A stretch of 45,411 nucleotides of DNA, from positions 1-45,411 of the IMG/VR virus record IMGVR_UViG_3300033489_000017; one strand, given 5' to 3'. Positions 8,454 through 17,758 of the stretch are shown here, piece by piece (position 1 is the first letter of the stretch; each line of letters starts with the position of its first letter). The stretch is from a virus (Duplodnaviria; Caudoviricetes). The notes beneath the pieces are model-generated. The model was not told the origin of the DNA, did not search any database, and was given only the letters and a program-made list of their open reading frames with translations. The position numbers and the translations under genes are program-made.

Positions 8454-9212
8454 ATGAAACTACCAGACCAGGATGACGTAAAACTATTCTTCGATATTCT
8501 ATCGATAGCCGTGCCCGGCATTCTGGGTCTGATAGGTGTTGTCCTCGTCTGGTGGGCCAAAGTACGCACGTCGGTTATGAAGGCCCAAAAGGAACTGCAC
8601 ATTGCACAGACCGCCCTTGCCCAGGAACAACGCAAGGGCGTTACTGACCTCCCTACCGCCATCGGGGATACCGTCGCCAGCCGATTAGCCGAAGCTGTTG
8701 GGCCGCTGGCGGGAACCGTCACGGTTCTCACGCAGGCGAACGAGCGATTGACGAACAAATTTGCTCAATTGCAGATCGATCACGACCGTGTTTGTATTGA
8801 GCTTGAAAACCAAAAACTAGAGAACAAAACCTACCGGGAAGCCACCGGCAAAGAATTAGCCGATCTGCGCTCCCGACTATCCGATAAAGAAAACGCCCTG
8901 ACCAACGCTCAAGAGACGATCAAGACACAGGAGACGAAATTGCAGGCCGTGCCCGCCCTTGAGGTTCGCGTAGCCCAATTGGAGCAAGATGTAGCGATGC
9001 TCAAATCCGAAAAAGACGCCATCGCCAAAGAGCGCGATGAAGCGGTCGCCCGCGCCGAAGCAGCCGAGGCCCGCGCCGACGCTTCCGACGCCCTCATTGT
9101 CAGGCTCAAGCAGCAACTCAGCGACGCGGAAGCGGGACGCGCCACAGCCGAGGCGGAACTGCTGAAACGACCGCTGCCCGACGCGCCCAAAGCGGCGGAG
9201 AAGCCAGCATGA
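8454..9212 (+). CDS. Membrane-anchored long coiled-coil protein
   Basis: GGAGG RBS, ATG 8454; one N-terminal hydrophobic helix then heptad-rich charged region. Confidence 0.75.
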   Translation: MKLPDQDDVKLFFDILSIAVPGILGLIGVVLVWWAKVRTSVMKAQKELHIAQTALAQEQRKGVTDLPTAIGDTVASRLAEAVGPLAGTVTVLTQANERLTNKFAQLQIDHDRVCIELENQKLENKTYREATGKELADLRSRLSDKENALTNAQETIKTQETKLQAVPALEVRVAQLEQDVAMLKSEKDAIAKERDEAVARAEAAEARADASDALIVRLKQQLSDAEAGRATAEAELLKRPLPDAPKAAEKPA

Positions 9213-9949
9213 CTGACCAGGTTATGTTCTCGACGCTGCTGGCGGCGCGCACCTACCGGGAAGAACGGCTTGACCGATTTGGCGGCTCGATCATCCAATA
9301 TCTACCCTTCGGGGAAACGACGGGCACGACGGCCTATGACGTGCCGCCCAGGGGGCGCTCGACGGCGCGCAACGGCACCTATTCGACGATTACTCTGGCT
9401 CAAGCAGGCGTCGGTGGGCACACCAGTTGTTATAACGCGGGCACGGGCTACATCGACGCATACGGGGCCGGGCTGGTCGCCGCCTTCAGCGGGGCAGAGG
9501 GTACCATTGGCGGCTGGTGGAAAATCGATGCGGTGGGAACCTGGAACGACGCAACGGCGCGCCGCATTTTTACCTTTTCTGCCGATGCCTCGAACCGCGT
9601 TTACCTGACCAAACAAACCACGCAGCACGTTTTGACCTGGACGTATTCGGCAGGCACGGCGACGCAAACCGTCAATCTGACGACGGCGGACCCCGTCGGT
9701 TGGGTGCACCTGTTCATCACCTGGTCCAAACCAAACAACCGGATGCGCGCCTTTTACAACGGGGCGCAGACGGGCACGAACCAAACCGGGCTGGAAGTCT
9801 GGGTGGGTTCTCTGGCGGCGACGACCACCGTCTACGGGGCTGCTTCCAAGACGCCCGCCGCTGTGAACAAGGGCTACATGGCGGAATGGCTCGTACTGAA
9901 CCGGGAAGCGACGCCCAGCGAGATCGCGGCTGATTATAAGCTCCCTTAA
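9209..9949 (+). CDS. LamG/concanavalin A-like jelly-roll protein (probable virion accessory)
   Basis: YLPFGETTGTTAYD, GTIGGWWK, WVHLFITW, MRAFYNG and E..V.NR..TP.EI pattern of LamG-like domains. Confidence 0.8.
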   Translation: MTDQVMFSTLLAARTYREERLDRFGGSIIQYLPFGETTGTTAYDVPPRGRSTARNGTYSTITLAQAGVGGHTSCYNAGTGYIDAYGAGLVAAFSGAEGTIGGWWKIDAVGTWNDATARRIFTFSADASNRVYLTKQTTQHVLTWTYSAGTATQTVNLTTADPVGWVHLFITWSKPNNRMRAFYNGAQTGTNQTGLEVWVGSLAATTTVYGAASKTPAAVNKGYMAEWLVLNREATPSEIAADYKLP

Positions 9950-10004
9950 ATGGCGGGGACAGCCCCGCCGGGGACAGTATGCTGGATGTGATGCAAGAGA
10001 CGAT

Positions 10005-11036
10005 ATGACGGCGACCTTCAAAGATACCTGGCAGGTTAACGAGTTGGGGCACGTAGCGGCCCACAACCAGTTAGCGCGCCGTCTTAACCAGGGGATTGAC
10101 GCCTCGGATTTTGGAGTCGGGCCGCTGGCGTCGGCTGTAACGAACCATGCCGGGATCGGGCTTGCCATCGACAAGGCCGCCAGCCGCAACGGCGGAACCG
10201 TGCATCTGCCGCCGGGCATTCTGTACGTCAGCGCGCCGATTGACATACCCTCCAGCGTCGCACTCATCGGCGCCGGCCAACGTGCTACGCGGCTCGTGCC
10301 GTCCGCGCCCCTGTCGGCCATGGTCCGCATCGTCGGCGAAGCAGAAGCCTACCGTTCCGGGTGCAGGCTTGAAGCCCTGACTCTAGAGTGTAACGAGCGC
10401 TGTGAGTACGGCATCGAAGTTGATTACGCCAGCGACACGAACGAGATCAACCGCGTCGCCGTTCGGCAAGCACTGACTGCCGGGATATTTATGCACGACT
10501 GGCACTGCTGGGGAAACCTGATCGACCGCTGCCTGATCGAGTACAACGGGCGCGGTGTGCATCTGGGCATTGCCGCCAACATGACGGCCGTTCTGAACAC
10601 CATCATCCAGTACAACACCGGCGCCGGGCTGTGGATGGTCGAGGCAACCAGTGTGCTGTGTCGGCTAGTTCGCTTTCAATGGAACGGGCAAGGCGGTGCC
10701 GAACAGTATGCCGTCGAGATTGCAGGCGGGCATACGCAGACGTTCGACACCTGCTATTGGGAAGCCAACGGGCGCGGCAGCGGCATCGATGTCAACGTGC
10801 ACACCGGGCCGTACAACCCAACGAACGGTCTAGTTCTGGTCGGCCCGTACTTCAACGGCTCCAGCGACAACCCGCCCGCCGGAGCGCTACACGCGGTCGC
10901 GGTAGACGGGCAAACGGTCGTCGGTATCCAGGGCGGCAAAAGCAACCTGCACCTGGGCACGACGTTCCTGGAAAGCGGCGGCGGAACCGTCGAAACCCAG
11001 TGGTTCACGAGCGTTGACGCGGCCGGATTGAGGTAA
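10005..11036 (+). CDS. Pectate-lyase-like right-handed beta-helix protein (spike/depolymerase-like)
   Basis: ASDFG...AIDKA...GGTVHLPPG.LYVS.PI.IPS.V.LIGAG N-terminal motif followed by Asn/Gly-rich beta-helix rungs. Confidence 0.8.
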   Translation: MTATFKDTWQVNELGHVAAHNQLARRLNQGIDASDFGVGPLASAVTNHAGIGLAIDKAASRNGGTVHLPPGILYVSAPIDIPSSVALIGAGQRATRLVPSAPLSAMVRIVGEAEAYRSGCRLEALTLECNERCEYGIEVDYASDTNEINRVAVRQALTAGIFMHDWHCWGNLIDRCLIEYNGRGVHLGIAANMTAVLNTIIQYNTGAGLWMVEATSVLCRLVRFQWNGQGGAEQYAVEIAGGHTQTFDTCYWEANGRGSGIDVNVHTGPYNPTNGLVLVGPYFNGSSDNPPAGALHAVAVDGQTVVGIQGGKSNLHLGTTFLESGGGTVETQWFTSVDAAGLR

Positions 11037-11042
11037 TAGGTT

Positions 11043-11070
11043 CATTCCGATAACACTTCTTATCAGGGCT
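11043..11070. other. Candidate dif-like tyrosine-recombinase site (11-6-11)
   Basis: CATTCCGATAA-CACTTC-TTATCAGGGCT; inverted GATAA/TTATC cores around a 6-bp spacer. Confidence 0.45.
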
Positions 11071-11189
11071 TAACGGCATAAGGACGCCGGAAACGGGGCG
11101 AAACGGACGAATGGGTGAGACGGTGAACGGGAAGACGGGCAAGCGGCCAATTTGAATAAGCATGATAAGCGTGAACAATATGCCTATAG

Positions 11190-11880
11190 CGTGTAATAAC
11201 AAGACCGGTCTCAAAAGCCCAATTCCGAACACAAATCCGGGGCCGGCGGGATTATCAGCAACTCTGTTTTTGGATTTAGAGGAGGCCATTTAGCCATGCA
11301 ACATTTAGCAGGCCGTAATTCAGGGAACCTCAAATTTGACTTTCGAACTCTCCTTTTGAGCCGTCTCAGATTACCGCTAACCAAAATTTGCCGTCCGGCC
11401 TTTGAATCTGAGATTTCTAAAATGAACTGCTGGTTTTTCAGGCAGGCCCAGATTTGGAGTGCAAAATTGAAATTTGATAAGCGACCAATTAGTAGTCACT
11501 ATTTCACCAAATTCAGGTTACACCCGCCTAAGAACCTAGTGTTTATGCGGGTTCCCAGGGAGGGTCATTCCGAATTTCAAATTTCCAGGTGCCGGAATTC
11601 GGGAGAGTTCAAATTTGAGAGGCAAAAAGCAAGTTTGAGACATCGCGGATTATCAGCAACTAAAATTTGGGATTTGCGGATTGTGAATAGCGTCACAAAA
11701 AATAGTGCGCGCTATTTCCGGCAGGCTCAAATTTGGTTTTGGAAAGGCAAATTTGGAGGCCGCCAGATTATCGCCAACTATTTTTTGAAGCGCGGCATTT
11801 GCAGGGAGTCATTTGAAAAATTAGTCCGTGCTAATCTGGCATCCCCCCAAAATCGTGTTTCAAAGTTCAAAAATCGGACC
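11190..11880. repeat. Array of about six degenerate ~118-bp A-tract-rich units upstream of terS
   Basis: GATTA..AACT-like motif at 11250, 11369, 11487, 11648, 11766; CAAATTTG-like motif at 11331, 11449, 11610, 11728. Confidence 0.75.
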
Positions 11881-12023
11881 AGCTGCCGCGCGAGTGACCG
11901 CCGCAATGGATTGGCGCCCGTGGGAGGTGTCTATTACAGCCATTCCTGGCACGCCGAATCAGCCTTTTGTGGAGAGAGTTACTAATAATCAGATGCGGTA
12001 TCAAATCTGGCAGGGCGAATCTG

Positions 12024-12503
12024 ATGGGTAGGCCAATAAACGGCAAGCGCAAACATCCGACCTACGACGATCAGTTCCGGGCGTCGGCGGTGTGTATGTT
12101 GCAGTCGCAGGGCTATCCCGAAGTCAAGGGCGCTCTGGCCATTGTCGCCCGTCATCTGAAGGTGCCGGATCGCACGTTGTCCCGCTGGTTTAACGGCGAA
12201 CAAAACCCGCCGCCTGACCAAATAGTCAATAACAAAAGGATCGATTTTCGCACAGAGATACGGCGTGAACTAGGTGAGATAGTTACGGCCCTGCGAACGA
12301 CACGACAAGACGCCAACTATCGGGAACTTGGCACAGTGTTTGGCATTTTGTTTGATAAGTTGTCTTTGCTTGAAGGGCTTCCGACCGAGCGCCAGAGCAT
12401 CGAAGTCTCCATTACGCAGGTTCCGGCACGTATCGGCAAACCAGCGCCGTCCCTGGTGGGCGGCAACGGGAACGGGCATGGCGACGGCAAAGAGGACGCT
12501 TGA
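12024..12503 (+). CDS. terS: Terminase small subunit (N-terminal HTH)
   Basis: HTH (IVARHLKVPDRTLSRW), GILFDKL.LLEG.PTER motif; overlaps terL. Confidence 0.75.
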   Translation: MGRPINGKRKHPTYDDQFRASAVCMLQSQGYPEVKGALAIVARHLKVPDRTLSRWFNGEQNPPPDQIVNNKRIDFRTEIRRELGEIVTALRTTRQDANYRELGTVFGILFDKLSLLEGLPTERQSIEVSITQVPARIGKPAPSLVGGNGNGHGDGKEDA

Positions 12504-13719
12504 CCTTGCACTCTACGGGGAGCAGTACGATTTTGTCAACGAGCAGGCGCACCATGCGGTACTGTGCGGCGGCATCGGCAGCGGCAAGTCAATCGCTGGC
12601 GCGGCTCGTGCTCTGCTTGCTTCCCTGGGGCACGTCGGCGGAACGACTATCAAAACGCCCAACCTGGGGGAAGTCAGCGCGCCAACCTACCCGATGCTCC
12701 GTGACGCCACGCTGCGCACGTTTCGGGATATTGCTGGCGACCTTATCACGGACTTTCGCAAAGCTGAAAACATTGCTGTCCTGCGCAACGGCAGCGAGAT
12801 TATCTTTCGCAGCGCCGACGACCCGGAGCACATGCGCGGGCCGACGCTCACCTATTATTGGGGCGACGAAGCGGCCCTGTATTCGCCGCTCGTTCAGAAG
12901 GTTATGCTGGGCCGTCTACGGCAGTACGGCGCGCAGGGCTACGAGTGGTATACCACGACGCCCAAAGGCCGGAACTGGATTTATCAGGAGTTCGTACAAA
13001 AGCAGCGGCCCGATTACCGCATTATCAAGGTGCGCACCCGCGACAATCCGTTCCTGGCTGAGGAATATATCGCTTCTCTGGAGGAAGCCTACACCGGCGA
13101 CTTTGCCCGGCAAGAGCTACTCGGCGACTTCGTTAGTTTCGAAGGACTGGTCTACCCTGAATTCAGCGAAGATACCCACGTCACAGCGGACATCCCAACC
13201 GTATTCAAGCGTGTTATCGCTGGCGTGGACTGGGGATTCGTGCACCCCGGCGTCGTCAAAGTCTACGGCATTACCGCTGATGAGCGCCTGTACCTTATCC
13301 ACGAGGAATACGCGCGCCAGCGGGGCATCGACACATGGGCGGACGTGGCCTTACAGCTACGAAATATCTGGCGCATTCAGGAGTTCTACGCCGATCCCAG
13401 TGAGCCGGACTACATCCGCAAGTTTAACGAAAAAGGCTGCAAGACGTTCGGGGCCAATAACACGGTTAGCACGGGCATTCAGGCGGTTAAGCGGCGGCTG
13501 GCGGTGGGCGCAGACGGGAGGCCGCGACTGATGTACTACCGGGGCGCGGTGAATAGCATCGCCGAGATGGGGCAATACCAGTGGGCCAAGCGCGGCGAGA
13601 ACCTGCTAGACGAGCCGCTGAAGGCCAACGACCACTGCTGTGACGCGGAGCGCTACGCCGTGATGGCGATTGACGGCGCGTATCAGCCGCTTGAGACGAA
13701 AGTGAGCCGGTGGATATGA
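12478..13719 (+). CDS. terL: Terminase large subunit
   Basis: Walker A GGIGSGKS, Walker B YWGDEAA, TTTPKG, nuclease GVDWG and DHCCDAERY. Confidence 0.95.
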   Translation: MATAKRTLDLALYGEQYDFVNEQAHHAVLCGGIGSGKSIAGAARALLASLGHVGGTTIKTPNLGEVSAPTYPMLRDATLRTFRDIAGDLITDFRKAENIAVLRNGSEIIFRSADDPEHMRGPTLTYYWGDEAALYSPLVQKVMLGRLRQYGAQGYEWYTTTPKGRNWIYQEFVQKQRPDYRIIKVRTRDNPFLAEEYIASLEEAYTGDFARQELLGDFVSFEGLVYPEFSEDTHVTADIPTVFKRVIAGVDWGFVHPGVVKVYGITADERLYLIHEEYARQRGIDTWADVALQLRNIWRIQEFYADPSEPDYIRKFNEKGCKTFGANNTVSTGIQAVKRRLAVGADGRPRLMYYRGAVNSIAEMGQYQWAKRGENLLDEPLKANDHCCDAERYAVMAIDGAYQPLETKVSRWI

Positions 13720-15308
13720 CAGTCACTTCCCTGGTCACGCTCGAATATGCGGTGCTCAATCGCACGATGTCATTCCAGGCGCAGCTTGCCGACATTGACG
13801 CACGTGCTCAAAACGTCGAGATGTACCGCAACTATTACGATGGCGATCACCCGGTCAACCTCACGACCGAAATGCGTAAGATGCTGAATCTACCCGCTAA
13901 ACCCGCGCAAGTAGACAGCAAGGGCGTCGTAAAGACCGGCAGTGAATTCAACGACAACTACGCGCAAATCGTGGTTGATACGATGGCAGATCGTATTCTG
14001 TTGGAGAACATTGAGGCGGATACCGAGCAGGCCAGCGCATGGGCTGAGGAAGTGCTCGACGATAACGACATCGACGATCTGCAAAGCGACATCCACGAGG
14101 CGACGATCCGGGACGGCGAAACGTTCCTCATGGTCACGTGGGACAACACTGAACAGCGCGTCGTCCTCACTCACGAGCTTGCTTACGACGGCACATCCGG
14201 GATGTTGGCGCTCTACAAGTCGGCAGACATCGCCGATATGGCCGCCGCCATGAAGATATGGAACATCACATCTGAAAACGGCTCGACGACTGATACCGTG
14301 CGCATCAACGTCTACTACCCGGACAAGATAACCAAGTGGGAAAGTCGGGATGGAGCGGCTTTCACGCCATTCACGGAAGACGCCAGCGCGCCTGACGGCG
14401 CGGCCAAGTGGATAGGCAGTGACGGCGCTCCGCTCGGCATTCCGATTATCCATTTCAAAAATCGGGGTCGCCAGAATCAGGGCTTCTCTGAACTCGCCAG
14501 CATGATCCCGCTACAAGACGTGCTCAACCGGCTTCTGCACTCGATTACTGCCACGAGTGAGCTCGACGCTTTCAGGATTAAGTTTGTCATTGGGGCAACA
14601 GCGCCCAAAGGCGTTGCGCCGGGTATGGTCTATGAGATAGGCCCTAGCGGCGCTCCGCCTGAACAACTGAATGCCGTGCGTGTCGGCGAGTGGGCTGCCG
14701 GGCAAGTCGCACCACAGCTTGAGGTCGCGCGCTGGATAACGGGCGAGATCGGCAAGATAACCCGCACGCCCGCGCCCGAATTTGGCGCGAACGATAACGC
14801 GTCGGGCGAGAGCCTCAAGCAGCGCGAAATCGGGCTTATCGGCAAGGTCAAGCGCTTTCACGTCAAGGCGGGCAACGCGTGGACTAGGGCAATGGACATC
14901 GCCTGGAAGGTGCAAGAGGCCTTCGGGCAAGCGCCGCCGCCCTACGAGCGCTTCCGCTGCAAGTGGCAAGACCCGGAAATTAGAAACGACCAGCAGACGG
15001 TCGATAACGCGCTCAAGATAGCCGACCGGATCGGCGACCGTGAGACACTGCGCATTCTGGCTCCGCTCTATCACTGGACTGAAGACGACATTGACCGCAT
15101 TATCGAGGAAAAGCGCGGCGACGCGGGCGCACGGCTCAAGGCCGTGGCGGGCAACTTCCCGCGAATGAACAATTTCCAGTTACCGCTTACCGTGAACGAA
15201 GCGCAGCAACAGCAACAACAGTTACCGCCGGGGCGGCCCCTGCCCACAGGGCAGGCAGTGCCAGGCGCACAGCCGCAGCCCGTAGTCCCAGGAGGACAAA
15301 GCGCATGA
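13716..15308 (+). CDS. Portal protein (SPP1 gp6-like)
   Basis: Follows terL; YYDGDH, N.A..VVD, IPIIHF.N, G.SEL..IPLQD..N and SGESLK motifs. Confidence 0.9.
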   Translation: MTVTSLVTLEYAVLNRTMSFQAQLADIDARAQNVEMYRNYYDGDHPVNLTTEMRKMLNLPAKPAQVDSKGVVKTGSEFNDNYAQIVVDTMADRILLENIEADTEQASAWAEEVLDDNDIDDLQSDIHEATIRDGETFLMVTWDNTEQRVVLTHELAYDGTSGMLALYKSADIADMAAAMKIWNITSENGSTTDTVRINVYYPDKITKWESRDGAAFTPFTEDASAPDGAAKWIGSDGAPLGIPIIHFKNRGRQNQGFSELASMIPLQDVLNRLLHSITATSELDAFRIKFVIGATAPKGVAPGMVYEIGPSGAPPEQLNAVRVGEWAAGQVAPQLEVARWITGEIGKITRTPAPEFGANDNASGESLKQREIGLIGKVKRFHVKAGNAWTRAMDIAWKVQEAFGQAPPPYERFRCKWQDPEIRNDQQTVDNALKIADRIGDRETLRILAPLYHWTEDDIDRIIEEKRGDAGARLKAVAGNFPRMNNFQLPLTVNEAQQQQQQLPPGRPLPTGQAVPGAQPQPVVPGGQSA

Positions 15309-15499
15309 CTAAGAATGAGCACACTGAAAAGCCTATGAGTGACGAGGAAAGACATCGGAAATTCCCCTGTACTAGACCGGGTGTCAATTTTACACCGGAA
15401 CAAGAGAAGGCGATCCGAGACGCTATGGAATCCGGGCGCTTAGCTCAGGCTCAGAAACTCATCTTGGATCAATTGGAGAAAGACAATCCGCATGACTGA
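15305..15499 (+). CDS. Hypothetical protein
   Basis: AGGAGG RBS, ATGA overlap. Confidence 0.6.
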   Translation: MTKNEHTEKPMSDEERHRKFPCTRPGVNFTPEQEKAIRDAMESGRLAQAQKLILDQLEKDNPHD

Positions 15500-15764
15500 A
15501 GAATTCTATCTCTGGCTTCTATGCCGCATATACCAGGTGTGGCGGCTGAACTACGTCACGAGCAACATGCGCAACGCCTACGATGACCTGCGCACGACGC
15601 TCACTAACGCGATTGGCAAAAACGTCGATAACGTCGTGGACAGCGACCTTACGGATTTACTCAGGCCGCGCGCCTCGAAGCCGGTGTACTCGCCGCCGGT
15701 CGTGGCCGCGGATAGTGAGGATACAGCAGAAATCAAACCTTCGAAGGGTAGGAGAGTCAACTAA
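15492..15764 (+). CDS. Hypothetical protein
   Basis: GGAG RBS, coupled to next gene. Confidence 0.6.
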   Translation: MTEEFYLWLLCRIYQVWRLNYVTSNMRNAYDDLRTTLTNAIGKNVDNVVDSDLTDLLRPRASKPVYSPPVVAADSEDTAEIKPSKGRRVN

Positions 15765-16198
15765 TGGCAGCGATTTCAGTTACAGCGGCAAACGTGCTGG
15801 CTGGCGCGAATGCCAAGACGCGCAAAGTCACGGCGGGGGCGACCCTGACCGCAGGCCAGGCCGTCTACGAGTCAGGCACCGAAGTATACCTGGCGCAGTG
15901 CGACGGCACCCTGGCGGAAGCGACGGTAGTGGGCATTACCCTGGGCGGCGCGGCGGACGGACAGCCTGTTGTCATCGTCACCGAAGACGACGACTTTACG
16001 CCCGGCGGCACGCTCGTTCTGACGGCGGCTGGCGGGGCGGGTCTGGTAGGTCTGTCGGCGACGGCGGGCGGGCTTGAGATGATGGTGTCGGCGACGATGC
16101 CCCTGAGCGGCAACTATCCCGTTATTTTGGGTGTTGCCAAAACGACCACGAAAATGAAGCTCAAGATCGTCGGCCCCGGCGGCCCGTTGACGGCATAA
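15764..16198 (+). CDS. Putative capsid cement/decoration protein
   Basis: AGATLTAGQAVY, VGI.L.GAA.GQPV pattern of beta-tulip decoration proteins; head module. Confidence 0.65.
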   Translation: MAAISVTAANVLAGANAKTRKVTAGATLTAGQAVYESGTEVYLAQCDGTLAEATVVGITLGGAADGQPVVIVTEDDDFTPGGTLVLTAAGGAGLVGLSATAGGLEMMVSATMPLSGNYPVILGVAKTTTKMKLKIVGPGGPLTA

Positions 16199-16210
16199 GG
16201 GGGGGGAACA

Positions 16211-16438
16211 ATGGCGAAAAAATACGACGAACCTATAGACGAAACGGTTGAGCAACCGGCAGGGCCAGACAAGATCAACGCGATTGCGCTGCAAGACTTG
16301 CCAGCCGGCGCGCCGATCCTGGTCAAGCCTGATCATCTGGCGCGGCTGGTTGAAATCGATGAACTGTGGCGCGCGAATGCGGTGGCGCCCTACGACGTGC
16401 CTGAAGGCGTCGAATTCGAGGTTGAAGTCAAGGCGTGA
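16211..16438 (+). CDS. Hypothetical protein
   Basis: Strong RBS; GTGA overlap with next gene. Confidence 0.6.
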   Translation: MAKKYDEPIDETVEQPAGPDKINAIALQDLPAGAPILVKPDHLARLVEIDELWRANAVAPYDVPEGVEFEVEVKA

Positions 16439-17475
16439 CGACGATTGCGCGTATCCCGTCGGTCAAAGAACTCCTGAACCAACTGCTGGATCAGGGCTAC
16501 GACGACGCCGTTGCGTCGGTAATCCAGGCGATTGCCCGCAACGGCACGACGGGCCTGCTTGCTGAGCGGCTGGCGCAGTTCCGCGCCGAAGCGGCCCGGC
16601 TGGCTGAAATGGATAGCAAGTGGAGCGCTACGAACCCGGTGTTTAAGGCGCTTCTGGATGAACTTGATTATGTCATGCGGCGCAACGCGGCGCTGCTGGA
16701 CACGGCGGTGCTGGACATCCAAACGGCGGCGATCAATGCCGCCAACCAGATCACGCGCCAACTGGCGCTGCCGGGCCTATCCGACGCTATGCTGGCGGCT
16801 ATCGGTGTGCAGTGGAACGTGCCGAGCGCCGAGGCCGTGGCCCGCCTGGTGCAGTACACGGCGACCGACGCCTGGCGCGAGCTACTGAGCGCCTATGCCG
16901 ATGACATCGTGCTGGCTATTCGAGACGTGGTGCTATCTGGCATGGTCGAAGGGCTGGGGCCTGTCGCCGTGGCAAGACAGGTGGCCGAACTGGCGGACGG
17001 CTTGCCCGCCTATCAGGCGCAAGCCATGCTGCGCACGTTGTTCCTGTCGTCATTCCGGGATGCAACCGTCGCCGATGAACTGGCGAACGCCGACATCATC
17101 GAGAAGGTAATAAGACTCGAAACTTTAGACTTGGACACCTGCGGACCATGCTGGTTTGAACACGGAGCCGAACTCGAAATCGGGGAGCACCTGGACGAGC
17201 ACTGGAACGGGCGCGCCGTGCCGCTGATTGTCGTCAAGGGTTTCGATAGACAAGTACAGCCGGGTATAGAGCAGTTCGGCGCGCTATCCGAGGCGCGGCA
17301 GCGCGACATTCTCGGCGACGCCGGGTTCGCGGCGTGGCAAGCGGGCGACGTGCGGCTAGAGGACTTTACGCATCACTACGTTGACGACGTGTTCGGCGGC
17401 ATGCTGCGCGAAGCGTCGCTCAAGGGCTTGCTAGGCGACGGGGCGAAGCGGTTCTATGGAGGGCAGAATGGCTAG
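16435..17475 (+). CDS. Head morphogenesis / minor capsid protein (SPP1 gp7, MuF-like)
   Basis: G..EGLGP..VARQV, RT, D.DTC..C...HG and HWNGR motifs. Confidence 0.8.
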   Translation: MTTIARIPSVKELLNQLLDQGYDDAVASVIQAIARNGTTGLLAERLAQFRAEAARLAEMDSKWSATNPVFKALLDELDYVMRRNAALLDTAVLDIQTAAINAANQITRQLALPGLSDAMLAAIGVQWNVPSAEAVARLVQYTATDAWRELLSAYADDIVLAIRDVVLSGMVEGLGPVAVARQVAELADGLPAYQAQAMLRTLFLSSFRDATVADELANADIIEKVIRLETLDLDTCGPCWFEHGAELEIGEHLDEHWNGRAVPLIVVKGFDRQVQPGIEQFGALSEARQRDILGDAGFAAWQAGDVRLEDFTHHYVDDVFGGMLREASLKGLLGDGAKRFYGGQNG

Positions 17476-17758
17476 AATGGCGAACCCAGGTGGTGAGCTT
17501 CTCATGAAGATTGCCGCCGCAATGGGTATGGACGGCACCCGGATACAGCGCGTCATTATCGACGTAGCGGCGGGCGATTTCGTGCGTGTTTACGTGCAAG
17601 CAGTAGGCAGTGAAGAACTGCTCAATCTCGATTGGCCGGGTTTTCTGACGGACGTACAGATTACCACGGCCCCCACGCCTGACGAGGTGACAAAAGCAAA
17701 ACTGGCAAAAGACGTGTTGCAAGAATTTCGTGACGAACTGCGACGGAGCAACCTCTAA
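17468..17758 (+). CDS. Hypothetical protein
   Basis: GGAGG RBS; coupled to next ORF. Confidence 0.55.
   Translation: MARMANPGGELLMKIAAAMGMDGTRIQRVIIDVAAGDFVRVYVQAVGSEELLNLDWPGFLTDVQITTAPTPDEVTKAKLAKDVLQEFRDELRRSNL

Noticed and set aside
11190-11880. CRISPR array
   Set aside because: Repeats are short, degenerate and bipartite with a ~118-bp period; no 25-45 nt identical repeats and no cas genes
11296-11985. 229-aa ORF across the repeat array
   Set aside because: It has GGAGG upstream and stays open, so it is not excluded, but the 118-nt period puts equivalent motifs in different frames and the composition (F/K/R/S-rich) reflects A/T tracts; not called as CDS
12500-13531. 343-aa alternative-frame ORF inside terL, and similar long shadows (9302-10330, 19589-20428, 26717-27571)
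   Set aside because: Low-complexity frames overlapping well-supported genes, as expected in high-GC DNA
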